This document shows positions 63,374 through 64,000 of a stretch of 64,000 nt of DNA, piece after piece. Below the pieces are notes generated by a model. That model searched no databases. It was given only the letters and a program-made list of their open reading frames with translations, and had not been told where the DNA came from. The DNA lies in assembly GCF_009914755.1 (NCBI RefSeq), contig NC_060926.1. One strand, written 5' to 3'. The stretch comes from the human T2T-CHM13v2.0 reference genome, Homo sapiens. How positions within the stretch are numbered: the stretch's first letter is position 1; each line of letters starts with the position of its first letter. Made by a program: the position numbers and the translations under genes.

Positions 63374-63662
63374 GGCCGGGTGCAGTGGCTCACTCCAATA
63401 ATCCCAGCACTTTGGGAGGCCGAGGAGGGCAGATCACGAGGTCAGGAGTTCGAGACAAGCCTGGCTAACATGGTGAAACCCCGTCTCTACTAAAAGTACC
63501 AAAATTAGTAGGGCATAGTGGTGCACGCCTGTAATCCCAGCTACTCAGTAGGCTGAGGCAGAAGAATCACTTGAATTCGGGAGGTGGAGGTTGCAGTGAG
63601 ACGAGATCACGCCAGTGCACTCCAGCCTGGGTGACAGAACAAGACTCTGACTCGAAAAAAAA

Positions 63663-63690
<28 letters not shown>
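63374..63690 (+). mobile_element. AluS with A-tail and (ATT)n
   Basis: Flanking direct repeat attatagtagtg. Confidence 0.9.
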
Positions 63691-63693
<3 letters not shown>

Positions 63694-64000
63694 AGTGATT
63701 CTTTTTACCTGTTCAGCACTAAGTAGATGCCAGCTACCATGCGAAGTCCTTGATCTTATCAAATTTTTACAATAGCCTCATGTGGACAAGAGAGAAGGGC
63801 AGGGTAGCTAGGTGAGAATCAACCATTTAGTTCAACCTCATTCAGTTGTGAGGAATCTCAGGCCCAGATATGTTAAGCTTGGGGGTTACAAAGCTCCCTG
63901 CTGCTGTTTTCAACCATTAGCATAACCCAGAACACCTAGATGTTTCCTCTATTTTCTATGAACTCAGCAAAAGTATCCTTGACCCACACAATCTCCTATG

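Overview
Human (great-ape-type) genomic DNA from a chromosome 2 segmental-duplication mosaic; no prokaryotic features. (1) 1-20.2 kb: the 5' part of a RANBP2-derived RGPD gene on the minus strand. Coding exons 1-7 give 978 nt / 326 codons with all GT-AG junctions and an intact frame. The N-terminus MRRSKADVERYVASVLGLTPSPRQKSMKGFY is the RGPD5/6/8 type, and RGPD6 is my best guess. The introns are very Alu-dense, and intron 1 opens with a compound GCC/GGGGCC VNTR. (2) About 20.2-52.8 kb: repeat-rich sequence with old L1, MLT2, L2, MIR and MER elements and a possible plus-strand spliced transcript near 29.6-31 kb. (3) 52.8-54.05 kb: a second CpG island, also oriented on the minus strand. It carries an orphan copy of the AFF3 (LAF4) start-codon exon (MDSFDLALLQEWDLESL), an upstream exon donor and the GCC repeats that correspond to the FRA2A region. 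The island stops abruptly at the repeat. (4) 54-64 kb: LTRs, a 2.2 kb L1MA with target-site duplications, and Alus. The most interesting system is the apparent capture of the AFF3 CGG-repeat promoter 34 kb upstream of RGPD in the same orientation. This suggests a two-promoter chimeric gene in which both 5' ends carry GC-rich repeats with AUG-initiated homopolymer/dipeptide reading frames. Gene and repeat-subfamily names come from recalled sequences, not searches, and repeat boundaries are approximate.
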